From Trueperaceae bacterium (GTDB taxonomy: Bacteria; Deinococcota; Deinococci; Deinococcales; Trueperaceae), in NCBI GenBank assembly GCA_965213705.1, contig OZ243913.1, positions 2,304,001-2,368,000 of the forward strand: DNA of 64,000 bases. Direction: 5' to 3'. Every line of letters starts with the position of its first letter. The first letter of the stretch is position 1. Both the position numbers and the translations under genes were made by a program. A model generated the notes under the pieces. It did not search any database. It saw only the letters and a list, made by a program, of their open reading frames with translations, and was not told where the DNA came from. Positions 59,272 through 64,000 of this stretch are shown piece after piece.

Positions 59272-62067
59272 ATGACCCCGCTCAAGCTCGAGCTGACCGG
59301 CTTTACCGTGTTCCGCGAGGCGGCGAGTGTGGACCTGGAAGGGCTCGAGCTGTTCGCCATTTCGGGGCCGACCGGGGCGGGCAAAAGCACGCTGCTGGAC
59401 GCCCTCACCTACGCGCTCTACGGGCAGACCGCGCGACTGGGCAAGACGGGGCTGGACGTGCTCATCAGTCCGGGGGCCACGCAGATGTCGGTGGTGCTCG
59501 CGTTCCGCACCGCGCGCGGCACTTATCGCGTGACCCGCACCGCCGACCGCAAGCCGAGCGGGGCGGTATCGCGCAACACGCGCATCGAACACTTAGAAAG
59601 TAGCGCGAAGTGGACGCAGTTGCCTGAGAGCGAGAAACTGAAAGAAGCCGACGCGAAGTTGGAAGAAATCGTCGGCCTCGACTACGACGGCTTTACGCGC
59701 TCGGTGCTGCTGCCGCAGGGCGCGTTCGACGAGTTTTTGCGCGGCGACAGCGCCAAGCGGCGCAAGCTGCTGGTAAACCTCCTGGGCCTCGACCGGGTGG
59801 AGGAGATGCAGCGCGAAGCCGGTCGGCGCGCGCGCGAATCGGAGGCCAAGGGGGAGAGCTTAAAGGCGCGCTTGGAGCAAGACTACGCGGGCGCAACCCC
59901 GGAGCGCCTGCGCGACCTCAAAAAAGAGTTGCGGAGTTTGACCAAGGAGCGGGACGCTTTGGGCGCGCGGCAGACCGAGTTGGTCAAAGACCTCAAAGAA
60001 CTCGACGAGGTCAAGGCGCTCGTTGACGAGCAGCGCAAGGTGCAAACCGAACTGACCGAACTCAAGACGCAAGAAGAGGACGTCAAGGCGGCGCGGCGCA
60101 GGCTTGGGGCGGCCAAACGTGCGGCGCTCGTCGCCTCGCAAATCGAAGGGCTTGCGACCGTTCAAGCCAAGCTGAAGCGCGTTCGGGACGAACTCGTTAA
60201 GGGTGAGGCGAGCTTGCAAACTAAACGCGCTGAGGTCGAAGCGGCGCAAACTGCCTTGAGTCGAGCGCGCCGCGCGAGTGAAACGCGCCTGCCGGACATC
60301 GAAGCGAAGCTCACCGCCCTGGCGGGCGTCACGCCGCTCCTTACCGCGCTCACCGCTCGAGGGGGCCGGCTCGAACTGGCTCAAAAAGCCGACGCCGCCA
60401 CGCCCTACTCGGATACCGCTTGGGACGACCTGCAACGCTCAACCGCCCAACTGCCCGCCCTCGAGGGCGCGGAAGCGGCGCTGGCCGAGGCGAAAAGCGA
60501 GGTGGAGACGGGCGCGAAAACCTTAAAAACCTTGCAAACTGAGGAAGTCTCGCTCGGTCAGTCGCTCGAGACCCTCAAAACCGAAGGTGCCAAAGCGCGA
60601 ACGACCTCCGACGCGGCGGTTGTGGCCTACGAGGCGGCCGTCGTCACCGACCGAGCTGCGGCGTTGCGCGAACACCTTCACGTGGGCGAGGCTTGCCCGG
60701 TGTGCGCCCAAACGGTAACGACGTTGCCGCCCGCCCAAGACAGCCGCACGACTGCGCTGAAGGAGGCTCGAGACACGGCTGACACCGCCCTGACAGCCTT
60801 GCGCGAAAGTTACCAAACGACCAAAGCCAAGCTCGAGACCGCCACCGTGCGGGTCAAGGACAGGGCTGTCGCCCTGGAAAACATCCAGCAAAAGTTGGCG
60901 CGGCTCACGGCCGCTCTCAAGACTCAAAAAGAGCCGTTCGCCTCGCTCGGCGTGGCGGGGACGGCTGAGATAAAAAGAGCGCTCGAGACCCGCAAAACGC
61001 TTCTCCTGGCGGCGCTGGCGGCGCAGGTTGTCGAGCGGACCGGCGGAGTCGACCCGCGCAAGGTGCAGCAGACTCTTCAAACCGAGAAGCGGACGCTCGA
61101 GACCGCCCTCAAAACTGCGGAAACCTCGGCACAAACCGCGCAGACCGCGTTTGACCGAGTCGGTACGCAGGCCGAAATGCTGACGCGGCAGTCGGGCGAG
61201 TTGCAGGACGAGTTCGAAGGCGCTCGCTCAACCCTGGAGCGTTCCCTGAAAAATGCCGAGTTCGCCACGGCGGAGGAGGCGCGGGCGGCGCTGCTGGGTG
61301 AGGCCCAAATCAGTGCGCTCGAGGCCCGGTTGAAAACTTTCGAACTCAACAAAGAAAGCGTCGAACGCCGCGACGTGGAACTCGCGGCGAGGCTTGCCGG
61401 GCGCACGCTCGACGAGGAGCGTTACCGGCGCTTGAAAGAAGAAGAAACCGACCTGGCGACGACGCTGGCCGAGTTGCAAAAGAACCAGGGTCGCCTGGAG
61501 CGCGACCTGAACCACGTGGCGGAACAGCTCGAGAAGGCCAAGGGTTTACGGGACCAGCTCAAAGCGGCCGCGGCCCGCTTCGACCTCTACCGCCTGCTCA
61601 ACCTGGACCTGCGCGGCAATGAGTTTCAGGAATACTTGCTCGCCCAAGTCCAGGCCAAGCTCGCACGGCGCGCCTCGCACATCCTGCGCGACGTGACCGA
61701 GGGGCGCTACGACCTTCGCCTTGAGAACGGCGACTATGTAGTCCGCGACGCCTGGGCGACCGGCGAGTTGCGCAACGCCAAAACCTTGTCGGGCGGCGAG
61801 ACGTTTATCGCCAGCTTAGCCCTCGCGCTGGCGCTCTCCGACACCATCGCGGGCAGCCACGCGCTCGGCGCGCTGTTTCTGGACGAGGGTTTCGGGACGC
61901 TCGACGCCGACACGCTCTCCTCGGTCGCGGGCGTGCTGGAAAACCTCACCCGCGAGGGCCGCATGGTCGGCATTATCACCCACGTCAAAGAACTCACCGA
62001 GCGGTTGCCCGCCCGCCTCAAGGTGAGCAAGGGTGCCACGGGCTCGACGCTGAGTTGGGATTTATGA
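59272..62067 (+). CDS. sbcC: exonuclease SbcCD subunit C (SMC-like ATPase)
   Basis: GPTGAGKS, coiled coil, CPVC zinc hook, LSGGE, FLDEGFG. Confidence 0.96.
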   Translation: MTPLKLELTGFTVFREAASVDLEGLELFAISGPTGAGKSTLLDALTYALYGQTARLGKTGLDVLISPGATQMSVVLAFRTARGTYRVTRTADRKPSGAVSRNTRIEHLESSAKWTQLPESEKLKEADAKLEEIVGLDYDGFTRSVLLPQGAFDEFLRGDSAKRRKLLVNLLGLDRVEEMQREAGRRARESEAKGESLKARLEQDYAGATPERLRDLKKELRSLTKERDALGARQTELVKDLKELDEVKALVDEQRKVQTELTELKTQEEDVKAARRRLGAAKRAALVASQIEGLATVQAKLKRVRDELVKGEASLQTKRAEVEAAQTALSRARRASETRLPDIEAKLTALAGVTPLLTALTARGGRLELAQKADAATPYSDTAWDDLQRSTAQLPALEGAEAALAEAKSEVETGAKTLKTLQTEEVSLGQSLETLKTEGAKARTTSDAAVVAYEAAVVTDRAAALREHLHVGEACPVCAQTVTTLPPAQDSRTTALKEARDTADTALTALRESYQTTKAKLETATVRVKDRAVALENIQQKLARLTAALKTQKEPFASLGVAGTAEIKRALETRKTLLLAALAAQVVERTGGVDPRKVQQTLQTEKRTLETALKTAETSAQTAQTAFDRVGTQAEMLTRQSGELQDEFEGARSTLERSLKNAEFATAEEARAALLGEAQISALEARLKTFELNKESVERRDVELAARLAGRTLDEERYRRLKEEETDLATTLAELQKNQGRLERDLNHVAEQLEKAKGLRDQLKAAAARFDLYRLLNLDLRGNEFQEYLLAQVQAKLARRASHILRDVTEGRYDLRLENGDYVVRDAWATGELRNAKTLSGGETFIASLALALALSDTIAGSHALGALFLDEGFGTLDADTLSSVAGVLENLTREGRMVGIITHVKELTERLPARLKVSKGATGSTLSWDL

Positions 62068-62097
62068 GTTGGGCCTTGTGAAAGGTAAAGTAGGACG

Positions 62098-62301
62098 ATG
62101 ACACTGATGAAGTTGGGCGACTTTACAGTCGTGCTCGAGAAAGTCTGCGCCTTTGAATACGTGCGCCCGCGCGTGGACCAGGGCGGTACTGAAAGCGGGC
62201 AGGTGGCGCTGCGCATCATGTTGGACGGCGGTCACGAGGTCACCGTGTACGGTCAAGCCTCGATAGTCGCCTTCGTGACCGCGCTCAAGGCGCTCGGTTA
62301 G
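62098..62301 (+). CDS. small hypothetical protein
   Basis: 67-aa ORF with host-like codon use; TAAAGT 6 nt before ATG; stop overlaps convergent gene stop. Confidence 0.55.
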   Translation: MTLMKLGDFTVVLEKVCAFEYVRPRVDQGGTESGQVALRIMLDGGHEVTVYGQASIVAFVTALKALG

Positions 62302-62852
62302 CCCACCTGCAAAAGCGCGCCGACGAGGACGTTGAAAACAAGGGTGCCCAAACCTGCCACGAGCAGCGTCGTCCAGGTGTCGCGGCCCTTTTTCAAGTTC
62401 ATGCTCGACTGGACGGCCAAATACGCAAAGTAGACGTTGGCGGCGATGGCGGCCAAACTCAGCAGCGGGAGCAGCAGTACCCCAATGAGGGTGATAATGA
62501 GCAGCAGCGACAGCACGCCGAACAGCACCGCGAGCGGACCCCAGAACAGCGAAAAGGTGTAGGCGACCTGGTCGAAGGTGCCGGTGCCGCCCTGCCGTTT
62601 GCCGAACAGGTACACGAGGTAGGTGAACACCCCAAAGCCGAGCAGCGTGAGGATGATGTTCTGCACAAAACCGGCTATCCCGCCGCCGAGCCCGAACAAA
62701 CCCGATATAGCGGCGGCAACCGCCACGTAAACGAGCGCTTCGCGCAAACCACCGCTGTCTTCGAACCGCTCGAAGGTGGCGACGCTCGGACTCGTCAAAA
62801 CCTGTCTGCTCTGCGAAATCATGTCGGGAATCGAGGGGGATGCCATAGCCAT
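62298..62852 (-). CDS. Yip1 family membrane protein
   Basis: VLTSPSVATFE N-terminus, five TM helices, GGTGTF linker; AGGAGG SD. Confidence 0.8.
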   Translation of the reverse strand: MAMASPSIPDMISQSRQVLTSPSVATFERFEDSGGLREALVYVAVAAAISGLFGLGGGIAGFVQNIILTLLGFGVFTYLVYLFGKRQGGTGTFDQVAYTFSLFWGPLAVLFGVLSLLLIITLIGVLLLPLLSLAAIAANVYFAYLAVQSSMNLKKGRDTWTTLLVAGLGTLVFNVLVGALLQVG

Positions 62853-63024
62853 ACCTCCTGGGTTGGTTTAAACCCCAGTGTAACGCAAGTTTCAATAAGG
62901 AACTTGAGGCTGCTCGGTTGCGACCGAAAGCGGGCCTGAAAAAACGTGTGACTCCTTTTTCGGCGCGCCCTTGCAAAAAAGAAGGCCTCGAGCTTTCAGG
63001 CTCGAGGTCTCACCCAAAACGTGT

Positions 63025-63111
63025 TGGTGCCGAGGATGGGACTTGAACCCACACAACCTCGCGGTCACTAGAACCTGAATCTAGCGCGTCTACCAATTCC
63101 GCCACCTCGGC
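63025..63111 (-). tRNA. tRNA-Leu(CAG)
   Basis: Reverse complement GCCGAGGTGGCGGAATTGGTAGACGCG CTAGA-TTCAGGT-TCTAG ... GGGTTCAAGTCCC ATCCTCGGCACCA. Confidence 0.97.
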
Positions 63112-63180
63112 CCGGCTGGGCTGCAGACAAGGTGTAAGTGTAGCAACTATTCCCCGAGGGCGCAATACCCGGTTTTTAGG

Positions 63181-63798
63181 CTATTCGTCGGCGGTCGTGC
63201 GCAACAGCTCGGCGTCGAGCAGCTTGATTTTGCCGTAGCCCGCGTCGATGGCCCCAGAGCGGGACAGCTCGCCGACCACCTTGGTCACCGTTTCTCGTAC
63301 CGAACCCACCGCCGCGGCCAGGTCGTCGTGGGTGATGTGAACGGTCACGTCGCCGGCGTCGTCCTCGCTCGACAAGGCACTGTCTTTCAAGTCCAGCAAC
63401 TCGGCGGCGATGCGGGCCTTGAGGCGTTTGCCGGACAGCCGGTACAAAGAGCGGTACAGGTGTTCGACGACCTCGACCAGGTGCTCGTTCAGCTCGTTCA
63501 GTTCTTGCCGGTCCAGGCGTGTGGGCTCGAGCACGGCCAGCTCGCAGGGCGTAACGGCTTCGGCAAAGTAACGCCGCTTGAGGTTGTACAAAGCTTCCTC
63601 ACCAAAGTAGCCGCCCGGCTTGACATAGCGCAGCGTCAGCCCGGTTCCTTCGTTGTCGACCGTGTGAATACGCACCAAGCCGTCGCGTACTCGGTACAAG
63701 TAAGAGGGGTCACCCGGAAAGAGGATGACTTCGTCGGGATTGTAGGTTTGTATGTCCACGTAGTTTGTTTGAGGCAGGGCACTACTCATCGGCAACAT
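63181..63798 (-). CDS. Crp/Fnr family transcriptional regulator (DdrI/SdrP-like)
   Basis: RYVKPGGYFGEEAL; HTH THDDLAAAVGSVRETVTK. Confidence 0.9.
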   Translation of the reverse strand: MLPMSSALPQTNYVDIQTYNPDEVILFPGDPSYLYRVRDGLVRIHTVDNEGTGLTLRYVKPGGYFGEEALYNLKRRYFAEAVTPCELAVLEPTRLDRQELNELNEHLVEVVEHLYRSLYRLSGKRLKARIAAELLDLKDSALSSEDDAGDVTVHITHDDLAAAVGSVRETVTKVVGELSRSGAIDAGYGKIKLLDAELLRTTADE

Positions 63799-63921
63799 CC
63801 GTCTCCGGCGTTTCTCGGTTGCCCCGTTCGGTCCTCACAAGGCACTATAGCTGTAAGGTAGTCGAGTACTTAATAGCGCACCTTACGAAGACGTTTCGGC
63901 ACCTTCGCGGCTTCTTGACGT

Positions 63922-64000
63922 TCAAACGTTGAACAAGAAGTGAACGACGTCGCCGTCTTGCACGACGTACTCTTTACCCTCGGTGCGCACCCAGCCTTTG
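63922..64000 (-). CDS. ychF: redox-regulated ATPase YchF, 3' end only
   Basis: KGWVRTEGKEYVVQDGDVVHFLFNV-stop. Confidence 0.92.
   Translation of the reverse strand, partial: KGWVRTEGKEYVVQDGDVVHFLFNV

Noticed and set aside
1..64000. CRISPR array, prophage or integrase at either tRNA-Leu
   Set aside because: No regularly spaced direct repeats, phage genes, integrase or duplicated tRNA 3' end were seen.

Overview
GC-rich (~60%) bacterial chromosome segment. It is most likely Deinococcota (Truepera-like), inferred from the TilS-TadA fusion, the 405-aa EF-Tu, the N-terminally extended IF-1, the DdrI/SdrP-like CRP protein and many leaderless genes. The core is the complete str-S10-spc-alpha ribosomal protein superoperon (24.4-43.6 kb). 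Flanking housekeeping genes are btuF, folA/thyA, an MntR-controlled Mn/Fe ABC operon, pyrD, secG, a peptide ABC operon, surE, a prenyl synthase, comF, deoB, tilS-tadA, an HxlR redox cluster, sbcD/sbcC, two tRNA-Leu genes and the end of ychF. Five less obvious signals stand out. (1) A ~290-nt multi-stem RNA-like fold lies between comF and the rpsL promoter. (2) A rod-with-central-bubble, 6S-like RNA lies upstream of pyrD. (3) A 3.3-kb accessory island splits sbcD from sbcC. It holds an IS1-family-interrupted gene fusing a nucleoside-deoxyribosyltransferase-like domain to an RNA polymerase alpha-CTD-like domain, plus toxin-antitoxin genes. (4) CTCGAG is strongly over-represented while GATC is nearly absent. 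(5) A structured leader with a terminator precedes a cupin-HD-GYP gene and a small lipoprotein gene. All RNA folds, motif counts and family assignments were made by eye, with no database searches.
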